In this document: one piece after another, positions 49,176 through 58,329 of the stretch
Numbering within the stretch: the stretch's first letter is position 1
Layout of the letters: the number at the start of each line of letters is the position of its first letter
Notes under the pieces: generated by a model
Seen by the model: only the letters and a program-made list of their open reading frames with translations
What the model was told of the DNA's origin: nothing
The model's database searches: none
From: Candidatus Hodarchaeota archaeon
GTDB taxonomy: Archaea > Asgardarchaeota > Lokiarchaeia > Sigyniarchaeales > SOKP01
DNA: 64,000 nucleotides
Reading direction: 5' to 3'
Assembly (NCBI GenBank): GCA_048886685.1
Contig: JBHLKM010000002.1
Location: 199,532 to 263,531, forward strand
Made by a program: the position numbers and the translations under genes

Positions 49176-49949
49176 ATGAATTTCACCCCAAAAATTTTAG
49201 GATTTTTATGTAATTGGTGCTCTTATGCTGGAGCAGATCTTGCTGGGGTAAGTCGAATTCAATACTCTCCTAATATTAGGATAGTAAGGGTTATGTGCAG
49301 TGGAAGAGTTGATCCTATATTTATTGCTGAAGCACTCTCAAGAAATATTGATGGAGTACTTGTTTTAGGATGTCATCCTGGAGACTGCCATTATATCAGC
49401 GGTAATTATGAAGCAGAGATAAAAATGAAGATGCTAACTAAATTATTGAAAATAATTGGGTTTTCTGAACGTTTAAGGTTGGATTGGGTTTCTGCTGCTG
49501 AAGGAAATAGATTTGCTCAACTAGTAAATGAATTTACTGAGCATATTAAAAATTTGGGTCCAAATCTGGTTAGAGACAAAAAATTAAAAAATAAATTAAT
49601 ATCCGATTTTGATGCTATAAAATCTGTATTGAAAGATTCAAGACTTAGAATTCTAGTTGGTAGAGAAAGAAAAATCATTAATGAAGGTAATGCATATAAC
49701 GAGAAAATCCCATTAGAGAAATTTGAACAAATTCTTGACGATGCCATTCAGAATGAATTTGAACGTCATAAAATATTACAAATAATTTCTGAAAATGGTA
49801 AATCCGTACCAGAAATCTCTAAAGAAGTTCAACTTCCCCCAAATAATGTGCTAAATCATATTGTTTCCTTAAGACAAAGAGGGTTGGTCGATTTACACGA
49901 GCTGAATGAAGAAATACCCCTATTTATATCAATTAACGAGGGCAAATAA
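49176..49949 (+). CDS. mvhD: MvhD-family subunit (Cys form) with C-terminal helical/wHTH extension
   Basis: GFLCNWCSYAGADLAG, VMCSGRVD, GCHPGDCHY, WVSAAEG. The ATG at 49176 follows SD GGAGG. Confidence 0.9.
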   Translation: MNFTPKILGFLCNWCSYAGADLAGVSRIQYSPNIRIVRVMCSGRVDPIFIAEALSRNIDGVLVLGCHPGDCHYISGNYEAEIKMKMLTKLLKIIGFSERLRLDWVSAAEGNRFAQLVNEFTEHIKNLGPNLVRDKKLKNKLISDFDAIKSVLKDSRLRILVGRERKIINEGNAYNEKIPLEKFEQILDDAIQNEFERHKILQIISENGKSVPEISKEVQLPPNNVLNHIVSLRQRGLVDLHELNEEIPLFISINEGK

Positions 49950-52900
49950 TGGAAAAAGTTGGTGCAGTACTGGTTGTTGGTGGAGGCATAGCAGGTATTC
50001 AAGCATCCATTGATTTGGCAGATTCAGGTTATAAAGTATATATAGTAGAATCGTCTATGAGTATCGGTGGGGTTATGTCACAGCTAGATAAAACCTTTCC
50101 TACTAATGATTGTGCTATATGTATCCTTGCCCCAAAATTAGTGCTTACGGGTCGTCATGAAAATATAGAAATAATAATAAATTCATCTATAGAAAAAATC
50201 GAAGGAGAACCAGGAAATTTTAATGTGGATATTATCCAAAAATCGCTTTATTTAGATCAAAATAAATGTACTGGATGTGGTGTGTGTGCCCAAAAATGCC
50301 CCATTGAAGCTATTGATTTCTTCAATGAAGGATTTTCTAAAAAATCAGCAATATCTGTAAAATTTCCACAAGCAGTTCCATTAGTTTTCTCAATAGATAA
50401 AGAAAAATGTATAGGATGTGAAGTTTGTAAAGAAATTTGTAAAGCAAATGCCATAGATTATGAGCTTAGAGATAAGAAAATAAATCTCAAGGTAGGAGCA
50501 GTAATTTTAGCAATTGGTTTTGATGAATTTGAACCTTCTCCTTTAATAAATATTGGCTACGATAAATACTTGAATGTCATAACGAGTATTGAATTTGAAC
50601 GTACGTTAAGTGCTAGCGGACCTCACTCAGGTTTAATTCTCCGTCCTTCTGATGGAATTATTCCAAAAAAAATAGCTTTCTTACAATGCATCGGTTCAAG
50701 GGATAAAAGTATTAATGCTGAATATTGTTCTTCAGTATGTTGTATGTATACCACAAAAGAAGCAGTAATTGCAAAAGAACATGTGAATTTTATAGAACCT
50801 ACGATCTTTGCAATGGATATAAGAGCATATGGTAAAGATTTTGATAAATATATTGAACGGGCAAAGAATGAACATGGCATACGATATATTAGAAGAAGGA
50901 TTTCAACTATTAGTGAAATTCCAGATTCAAAAGATTTAAAGATTCGATATGAAACAGATGATGGGAAAGTCATTGAAGAAATTTTTAATTTAGTTGTTCT
51001 TGCTGTAGGAGCACAATCTAATAAGAGTTCTATAGAATTAGCTCAAAAGTTAAATATAGAGTTAAATGAATATGGTTTCTGCAAAACAAAAAGTTTTAAT
51101 CCGGTAGAAACATCAAAACCTGGAATCTATGTATGTGGAATGTTTGCCTCACCTAAGGATATCCCAGAAACTGTCATCGAAGCTAGTGCTGCTGCTGGAT
51201 GCGTTAATGTTTTGCTAACAGAAGTAAGAAATACATTAATCTCAAAGAAAGAACTCCCAGAAGAAATTGATGTGAGTGAACAGCCACCAAAAATAGGGGT
51301 CTTTATATGTCATTGTGGAATTAATATTGGGGGGGTTGTTAACGTTCCTGAGATTGTCGAATATGTAAAAACATTACCTAATGTAGTATATGCTGAACAT
51401 AATCTATACACTTGTTCCGCTGATACTCAAACGAATATTAAAGAAAAAATAACAGAAAATCAGCTTAATAGAGTAATAGTTGCTTCATGTACTCCAAGAA
51501 CGCACGAACCCTTATTTCAAGCAACAATACAGGAGGTAGGATTGAATAAGTATCTTTTTGAGATGGTGAATATCAGAGATCAATGCTCTTGGGTTCATAT
51601 GCATGAAGCTGAAAATGCAACATCAAAAGCAAAAGATTTACTAAGAATGTCAGTAGCTAAAGCTGCACAGTTAATTCCATTACAAGAACAAGAAATTGAT
51701 GTAATCGACAAAAGTTTAGTCATTGGTGGGGGTGTATCTGGAATGATTTCAGCTTTAAATTTGGCTTCTCAAGGTTTTGAAGTATTCTTAATTGAAAAAG
51801 AAGATTCTCTAGGAGGATTTGTCAAGAATATTTTCCAAACCCTTGAAAATGACGATATTCAAGAATTTATTATCAACCTAATACAAGAGGTTGAAAATAA
51901 TCAGTTAATTCAAGTATTTAAAAAAGCTCAAATTAATTCAATTTCAGGATACATCGGCAATTTCACCACAAATATATCTTATGGGAAAAATAATAAAATT
52001 ATTGATCTTGAACACGGAATAATTATTGTGGCTACAGGCGCAAAAGAATACCAACCAAATGAATACAATTATGGACAAGATCAGAGAATTATATCTCAAG
52101 TTGAATTTGAAAAAACCCTTTTTACTACAAATGAAGTAAAAAAATTGAATTTAATCACAATGATACAATGTATTGGTTCTAGAAATGAAGATCATCCCTA
52201 TTGTAGCAGAATATGTTGTTCTGAAGCCATAAAGAATGCATTAAAAGCAAAAGAAATCAACCCAAATCTTGAAATAATTATTTTATATCGTGATATTCGT
52301 ACATATGGATTCAAGGAGAAATATTACAATCTGGCTAGAGAAAAAGGAGTCATTTTCATTAGATTTGATGAAAATAAACCCCCAGAATTAAAAATAAAAA
52401 ATGAAAAGTTAAATCTTTTAGTTGAAAGACCCGATATAGGTAAATTGGAAATAAATCCAGAATTAATCGTTTTAAGTACAGGACTCGTAGCACCTATAAA
52501 AGAAAATGAAGATCTAGCAAAAATGCTAAAAGTTCCTCTTAATGAGGATAAATTCTTTCTCGAAGCTCATGTAAAATTAAGACCAATTGACTTTGCAACA
52601 GATGGTATCTTTTTATGTGGTTGTGCACACTCACCTAAAAATATTAGGGAATCTATTGCTCAAGCTAATGGAGCCGCTGCCCAAGCAGTTAAAGTTTTGG
52701 GTGCTAAAAAAATTGTAACATCCGGTCTTGTTGCTACTGTAATAGAAGATAATTGTATTGGATGTGGAAATTGTGTTGAAGTTTGCCAATTTAATGCAAT
52801 AGAATTAGTAGAACAACAAAAAGAGTTCGAAGATTGCACAATTACAATAAAAAAATCTCATGTTAATTCAGCATTATGTAAAGGTTGCGGGACATGTGGA

Positions 52901-52984
52901 GCTCAATGCCCAAATTCTACAATTATTATAAAACATTTTGGATTCGAGCAAATAAGTGCCATGATTTCTGCTCTTTTAGTCTAA
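49949..52984 (+). CDS. hdrA: Large HdrA-family flavoprotein (Cys form)
   Basis: Same double-FAD architecture as 46121-49171. TAATG stop/start coupling with the upstream mvhD. Confidence 0.92.
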   Translation: MEKVGAVLVVGGGIAGIQASIDLADSGYKVYIVESSMSIGGVMSQLDKTFPTNDCAICILAPKLVLTGRHENIEIIINSSIEKIEGEPGNFNVDIIQKSLYLDQNKCTGCGVCAQKCPIEAIDFFNEGFSKKSAISVKFPQAVPLVFSIDKEKCIGCEVCKEICKANAIDYELRDKKINLKVGAVILAIGFDEFEPSPLINIGYDKYLNVITSIEFERTLSASGPHSGLILRPSDGIIPKKIAFLQCIGSRDKSINAEYCSSVCCMYTTKEAVIAKEHVNFIEPTIFAMDIRAYGKDFDKYIERAKNEHGIRYIRRRISTISEIPDSKDLKIRYETDDGKVIEEIFNLVVLAVGAQSNKSSIELAQKLNIELNEYGFCKTKSFNPVETSKPGIYVCGMFASPKDIPETVIEASAAAGCVNVLLTEVRNTLISKKELPEEIDVSEQPPKIGVFICHCGINIGGVVNVPEIVEYVKTLPNVVYAEHNLYTCSADTQTNIKEKITENQLNRVIVASCTPRTHEPLFQATIQEVGLNKYLFEMVNIRDQCSWVHMHEAENATSKAKDLLRMSVAKAAQLIPLQEQEIDVIDKSLVIGGGVSGMISALNLASQGFEVFLIEKEDSLGGFVKNIFQTLENDDIQEFIINLIQEVENNQLIQVFKKAQINSISGYIGNFTTNISYGKNNKIIDLEHGIIIVATGAKEYQPNEYNYGQDQRIISQVEFEKTLFTTNEVKKLNLITMIQCIGSRNEDHPYCSRICCSEAIKNALKAKEINPNLEIIILYRDIRTYGFKEKYYNLAREKGVIFIRFDENKPPELKIKNEKLNLLVERPDIGKLEINPELIVLSTGLVAPIKENEDLAKMLKVPLNEDKFFLEAHVKLRPIDFATDGIFLCGCAHSPKNIRESIAQANGAAAQAVKVLGAKKIVTSGLVATVIEDNCIGCGNCVEVCQFNAIELVEQQKEFEDCTITIKKSHVNSALCKGCGTCGAQCPNSTIIIKHFGFEQISAMISALLV

Positions 52985-53019
52985 TATTAAATTGTAATTA
53001 ATGAAAAAAATGAGGAATA

Positions 53020-53451
53020 TTGATAAGTCAAGAAAAAAAAGGAAAAAATGTAGAATTTACTCCCAATATTTTATGTTTTTGCTGTAATTGGTGTAGTTAT
53101 GCAGGAGCAGATTTAGCTGGAGTATCACGTTTTCAATATCCCCCGACCATAAAAATAGTAAGAGTAATGTGTTCTGGTAGAGTAGATCCCGCTTTCGTTT
53201 TAGAGGCATTTAAAGAGGGTATTGATGGAGTCATTGTGACAGGGTGCCATATCGGTGATTGCCATTACCTTAAAGGAAATGAATTTGCAAAAGAAAGATT
53301 TGAACGTTTTAGAGAAACTATAAAAATATTTAACCTCGAGAAGAGATTTCGACTTGAATGGGTAAGTGCATCTGAAGGTAAACGATTCGCTGAAGTTATC
53401 ACTGAATTTACTAATCAAATTAAAAAATTAGGCCCATTACTCACAATTTAA
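53020..53451 (+). CDS. mvhD: MvhD-family subunit (Cys form)
   Basis: CFCCNWCSYAGADLAG, VMCSGRVD, GCHIGDCHY, WVSASEG. Confidence 0.93.
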   Translation: MISQEKKGKNVEFTPNILCFCCNWCSYAGADLAGVSRFQYPPTIKIVRVMCSGRVDPAFVLEAFKEGIDGVIVTGCHIGDCHYLKGNEFAKERFERFRETIKIFNLEKRFRLEWVSASEGKRFAEVITEFTNQIKKLGPLLTI

Positions 53452-53541
53452 CAATTTAAAATATTATAAATTCTTTTCTTTTTACCATTAAAACATATAG
53501 TTCTCTTGAAATGTATGAAATGGTAAATTCAGAATCTGATT

Positions 53542-53682
53542 TCAATCAAATTTATTAAATATCAATTCATCTTCTACGGCAATTCCCACTGCAAATCCAG
53601 GAATTTCCTTAATGTATGCTTGATAATCTAACCAATTATCAATTAAATGTAGGGCTGATTTTATTAATTCCTTATCAACCAT
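53542..53682 (-). pseudogene. Truncated N-terminal remnant of a serine hydrolase (beta-lactamase class C-like)
   Basis: MVDKELIKSALHLIDNWLDYQAYIKEIPGFAVGIAVEDELIFNKFD*. The IPG.AVGI..D.LIF.K pattern is typical of these N-termini, but the ORF ends before any SxxK. Confidence 0.5.
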
Positions 53683-53763
53683 AGTAAGTTCTCTTGATCC
53701 TATAATGAATTTAAGGTTTTTCTTTTAAAGTTTTTTAGCTAACCAGTTTCTATAGTAAAATTA

Positions 53764-53798
53764 TTATTTTAAACAACTTTTATTTTAAACAACTTTTA
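53764..53798. repeat. 16-bp tandem duplication
   Basis: TTATTTTAAACAACTT occurs twice, followed by TTA. Confidence 0.7.
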
Positions 53799-53844
53799 AG
53801 AATCTAGGTATTGAAAATCTTGGAATAGAGAAAGGTGAAATAAA

Positions 53845-55398
53845 ATATCTGTTAAAAATCTTCCATTAACAAGAGAAAACATACCGTTTGAAAGACTATT
53901 TAATCCACGTGCGATAGTAATAATTGGTGTTTCAAAATTAAAACCAATGGGAGCAACCCAATATGTTTTTGCATTGAAATCTTCTCAATTTCAGAATCCC
54001 ATTTACCTCGTAAACCCGAAATATGCTGATAAGAAATTGCAAGGATATAAATTTTATGATTCTATCTCTTCAATACCAGATGAACCACCAGTTGATCTCG
54101 CTATAATAGCTGTACCTGCACAAATTACTCCTTCAATTATTGAAGAACTAGGTAAAAAAGGAGTTTCATTTGCACACATTTTTAGTAGTGGATTTTCTGA
54201 ATTAGACTCTGAATTTGATAAAAGAGGTAAAATACTAGAGGATGAATTAATCAAAATTGCTTCGAATTATGGAATACGTATCCTCGGTCCCAATTGTATG
54301 GGCGTGTTCGCACCAAAATCAAGACTCACTTTTTTAATGCCCATGAGAGAAATGCAAAGATTAAATGATGCAAATAAAGAAAAAGAATCAGAAAATTTTG
54401 AAGATTTAGAAGATATCGGAAATTTAACAAGTACTGGGCAAGTAGCTTTTATATCACAGAGTGGAGGGATTGCATTCAGCCATGGAATGCTTTCACAGTC
54501 ATTAGGTTATAGTTTTTCAAAAATGGTCTCCCTTGGTAATCAAATTGATTTGGATTTAATTGATTTTCTACGGTATTTTAAAGATGATCCAGAAACAAAA
54601 ATAATAGCAATGTATATTGAAAATATAAAACGAGACGGGAATGAGTTTGTTCGATTGCTAAAAGAGACGACGACAAAGAAACCTGTAATCATATGGAAAG
54701 GCGGTATATTTCAAACTGGTCATCAAGCAGTTATGAGTCATACGGGAGGCTTAGCAGGTAATTACAAAATGTGGGAATCAATGGCAAATCAAACTGGAGT
54801 AATTCTGGTAAATAATTTTTTGGAATTAACAGATATGGTGCAAACATGTCTTACTTATCCTTTTCCACAAACTTTAGGAACTGCTGTACTATCAATGAGC
54901 GGGGGTACAGCGGTGGAAAGTACTGATGAAGTTGAACGGAATGGTTTAATTATGCCCCTTTTATCGCAAGGATTAACACAAAAAATCAGCCAATTTATCC
55001 CAGAAATTAACTCTAATTTAAAAAATCCATTAGAATTTGGCGGAAAGAACAGTTTAGAACATACTATTAAAATAATTGGGATGTTGGCTGAGGAACCTCA
55101 ATTCTCTTCTATAATTATGGCAAGTTCTCCAGAATTTCTTATTTTCCGAAGAGCAAATAGTTTGGATGATTATATTAAAGCAATTTCTAATGCTTTACCC
55201 CCTAATTCGGGTAAATTATTATTATGTGTTGGCAACGAGATAAATATGTTTGAGCAAGGGATAAAAATGAATCTTGAATTTCGTTCCAGATCTCTACCCA
55301 ATGGATTTGTAGCATATCGATCTACAGCAGCAGCAGCAAAATCTTGTTATCGCTGGTGGAAATACGGAAAGTATTTAGAAAAAAGAAAAAATACTTAA
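53845..55398 (+). CDS. Acyl-CoA synthetase (NDP-forming) alpha-subunit-like protein
   Basis: GPNCMG, ISQSGG, SLGNQID, MYIE and catalytic SHTG. The frame extends upstream of ATG 53947 through the conserved FERLFNPRAIVIIGVS to an ATA at 53845 behind SD AGGTGA. Confidence 0.85.
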   Translation: MSVKNLPLTRENIPFERLFNPRAIVIIGVSKLKPMGATQYVFALKSSQFQNPIYLVNPKYADKKLQGYKFYDSISSIPDEPPVDLAIIAVPAQITPSIIEELGKKGVSFAHIFSSGFSELDSEFDKRGKILEDELIKIASNYGIRILGPNCMGVFAPKSRLTFLMPMREMQRLNDANKEKESENFEDLEDIGNLTSTGQVAFISQSGGIAFSHGMLSQSLGYSFSKMVSLGNQIDLDLIDFLRYFKDDPETKIIAMYIENIKRDGNEFVRLLKETTTKKPVIIWKGGIFQTGHQAVMSHTGGLAGNYKMWESMANQTGVILVNNFLELTDMVQTCLTYPFPQTLGTAVLSMSGGTAVESTDEVERNGLIMPLLSQGLTQKISQFIPEINSNLKNPLEFGGKNSLEHTIKIIGMLAEEPQFSSIIMASSPEFLIFRRANSLDDYIKAISNALPPNSGKLLLCVGNEINMFEQGIKMNLEFRSRSLPNGFVAYRSTAAAAKSCYRWWKYGKYLEKRKNT

Positions 55399-55432
55399 TA
55401 AAAAAGCCAACTTATTAAAAAAACTTTCTTTC

Positions 55433-56875
55433 TTATAGATCTTTGACAATACCTAAAACTGAATGGATTAACTTATCAAAATCTTCATTTTTGGATCTAT
55501 AATTCACAATTGCTACTCTAATTGCGAAATTTCCATTAATAGTTGTACTAGAAGGGACAGCAATTCCTTTTTCTTGTAATTGGTATAATATTTCTTCATT
55601 TAGTTTATTGAGAGTATTTGCATTACTTTTTCCGTCATTATACCTGAAATTAACTATGTTCAAGGTAGTAGGAGCAAGTAATTCTAAAGAATACTCCTTT
55701 TCTATTAATTTTGTAAGATATCGAGCTTGTTTAATATTTTGGTATATAAGACGCCCATATTTATTAATACCATGCTCTTTAATACTCATCCATATCTTAA
55801 GTGCTCTAAATCCCCGAGAAAGTTGAGGCCCATAGAATCCATACCATATATCACCACTCCCAACCCCTCTATCTTGATGAGCAATGTAATCTGCTGTTAA
55901 ATTAAATGTTTCAAAATGATCTTCTCTATTCCTTATAAGAACGCAACCTGCCTCAAAATTCATATACATCCACTTGTGAAAATCAAAAGCAATACTATCT
56001 GCTCGTTCAATTCCCTCAACAATGTCCCCGATCTCAGGAGAGAGTTTACACCAGGCGCCAAAAGCACCATCTATGTGGAACCACATATCAAACTCTCTAG
56101 CTAGATCAGCTAAATTATCCAAATTATCAACGGCACCGGTATTTATAGTTCCAGCACATCCAATAATGCATATAGGCTTAAAACCAGCTTTGATATCTGC
56201 TTCTATGGTTTCTTTAAGCTTTTCAATTCTTATCTCATAATTATCGTTAACTGGTATTTTTTTGAGAGAATTAATTCCGAAACCTAACAAATGTATTGCT
56301 TTATCAATAGAATTATGCATTTCTTCGGATCCATAGATCAAGAGTTCTTTATTGCTTTTTCTTAAACCTTCTTTTTTAATGTCATAACCTGCCTTCTTAT
56401 TTCGAGCAACAGCTAATCCAATATAATTGGCAATACTACCTCCTGATACAAGTATACCAGAAGCATTTGGCCCATAACCAAACACATCTTTAGCCCATTC
56501 AATCACTTGATTTTCAACATAATTCGCTATATGCTCTCCTCCACCAAGATTTGGATTCATAGTCGCAGCAAGCATTTCTGCTAGTACTCCAAATGGAGTG
56601 CCATTACCTACTGCCCAACCCCAAAAGCAAGGATGAGCATTTCCCAATGGATATGGAAAGATATTCTCCTTGAATTCTTTATAAATCTTTTCTCTATCTT
56701 GTCCTTCCTTTGGTAAAGGTGCTCGGAATTTTAATTTTATTTCTTTTGGGATCGGTTGCCAAACTGGTTGGTCTCTAATATCTCTAAGATAATCTAACAT
56801 ATCATCAAGCATTTTATGCCCCAAGATCCTTAGATTTTCCCAATTTTCAGGATCAAGACTTTCTTCGGATGCCAT
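55433..56875 (-). CDS. Group II PLP-dependent amino acid decarboxylase (aromatic L-amino acid decarboxylase-like)
   Basis: SGGSIAN, HNSIDKA, GTINTGAVD, WFHIDGAFG, DFHKW (PLP Lys), QLSRGFRALKIW. Confidence 0.92.
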   Translation of the reverse strand: MASEESLDPENWENLRILGHKMLDDMLDYLRDIRDQPVWQPIPKEIKLKFRAPLPKEGQDREKIYKEFKENIFPYPLGNAHPCFWGWAVGNGTPFGVLAEMLAATMNPNLGGGEHIANYVENQVIEWAKDVFGYGPNASGILVSGGSIANYIGLAVARNKKAGYDIKKEGLRKSNKELLIYGSEEMHNSIDKAIHLLGFGINSLKKIPVNDNYEIRIEKLKETIEADIKAGFKPICIIGCAGTINTGAVDNLDNLADLAREFDMWFHIDGAFGAWCKLSPEIGDIVEGIERADSIAFDFHKWMYMNFEAGCVLIRNREDHFETFNLTADYIAHQDRGVGSGDIWYGFYGPQLSRGFRALKIWMSIKEHGINKYGRLIYQNIKQARYLTKLIEKEYSLELLAPTTLNIVNFRYNDGKSNANTLNKLNEEILYQLQEKGIAVPSSTTINGNFAIRVAIVNYRSKNEDFDKLIHSVLGIVKDL

Positions 56876-57097
56876 ACCTAAAAGTAAAATAATTTACATA
56901 AAAAATGTTGTCTTTCTTTTACATATCTTGCTCAGATCAATGATATTGAAGGTAACTTACTAAATCTTTGGGAAGATAAAATATAATAGATATTATCAAA
57001 ATTATTTCTATAATTTTGAGTAATTTATAATATCGAAAAAACTATTTTTTTGGTATAGTTATTTACTTTAACTTAAAAATATCGTATGAATATGTGA

Positions 57098-57664
57098 ATG
57101 ATTATTATTTTAAATCAGTTAAAAGTGAGTGGTAGATTCAGAACTAATTGTTATCTTTTTGGGGATGAAAGTACAAAAGAAATTGCTATAATTGATCCTG
57201 GGATTGAATCAAATAATGTTATAAATGTTGTTAATAGCGAAGGATATAAACCGGTTTATTTAATAGGTACACATGCACACCATGACCATATTCAATGCGC
57301 CATTGATATCATGGATTATTTTAATATTCCATTATTAATCAATGGTTTTGGGAAAGGAGCACTTGAAAATATAAATTTTATCAAAGAGAATGATGTAATC
57401 GAAATAGGTGCAGAATATCTTCATGTAATTGAAACACCAGGTCACACTAACAATGACGTAATGCTGATAGATTATAAAAACATGCTTATCTTTACCGGAG
57501 ATACTCTATTACGTGGCAGACTCCCAAGACAGCTTATAAATTATAATAATTTGTTGGCTAGTATAAGAAAAATATTATATTATCCTCAAATTTCGGGTGA
57601 GTTCAAAATATACCCCGGGCATGGTAGTCATTCTACAATAGGCAAAGAAAGGTTGAGATACTAA
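57098..57664 (+). CDS. MBL-fold metallo-hydrolase (glyoxalase II-like)
   Basis: NCYL, IDPG, THAHHDH, TPGHT, FTGDTL, PGHG. Confidence 0.9.
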   Translation: MIIILNQLKVSGRFRTNCYLFGDESTKEIAIIDPGIESNNVINVVNSEGYKPVYLIGTHAHHDHIQCAIDIMDYFNIPLLINGFGKGALENINFIKENDVIEIGAEYLHVIETPGHTNNDVMLIDYKNMLIFTGDTLLRGRLPRQLINYNNLLASIRKILYYPQISGEFKIYPGHGSHSTIGKERLRY

Positions 57665-57852
57665 ATTTTGATATTTAAAAATTGTGTTAAAATTTATTCC
57701 ATTTTCCTATAGAATTGGAATGGAAAAGCAAATGCAGAGTCTGATTTTCATAAATATTCTATGGGATATATAATATATAAGTTAGAATAAAAAAATTAGT
57801 GTAATGTATTAGAGAACTTAGGAAACATTATTGATCTTTATAATGTGGGGAT

Positions 57853-58145
57853 GTCATACATAATGCCGAAATTGACCAGATACTCATATATTTCATGTTT
57901 GAAAAGTATATTTTCAATGAACAATACTTCCCTTATTGATCATAATTTATGATATCGATAACTGAAAAAGATAATACTGTCCCAAGTCATGCATAATGCC
58001 AAAATTGACCAATCCCTCGCATATTTCATGTTTGAAAAGGATATTCTCAATAAACAATACTTCCCTTATTGATCATAATTTATGATATCGATAACTGAGG
58101 AAGATAAAACCGTCCCAAATCGTGCATAATGTCGAGAATAACCAA
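57853..58145. repeat. Intergenic tandem repeat, 133-bp unit, about 2.2 copies
   Basis: CATAATG anchors at 57859, 57992 and 58125 (period 133). Copies 1 and 2 share the exact block AACAATACTTCCCTTATTGATCATAATTTATGATATCGATAACTGA. Confidence 0.9.
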
Positions 58146-58329
58146 TATTTCATAATTTGACTGCATGACTCCAATAATTCAAACGAATTTCACCATTGGA
58201 ATCCGATCATTTCAAAGTGATTCATGTCGAAAAGCGATAATTTTTCATAATAATGTTTATATAATTAAATTTCTTTTTTTTTTACTCAGTTAAAAAAAAT
58301 TTGAAACTAAAATCTTAAAGTGTTAAATA

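Noticed and set aside
53491-53544. Sec read-through of the TGA ending the serine-hydrolase remnant
   Set aside because: The downstream frame (NQILNLPFHTFQENYMF*) shows no family similarity, no Cys is expected at that position and no SECIS is nearby.
57853-58145. CRISPR array
   Set aside because: The whole 133-bp unit is repeated, with no unique spacers between short repeats, and no cas genes are in the window.
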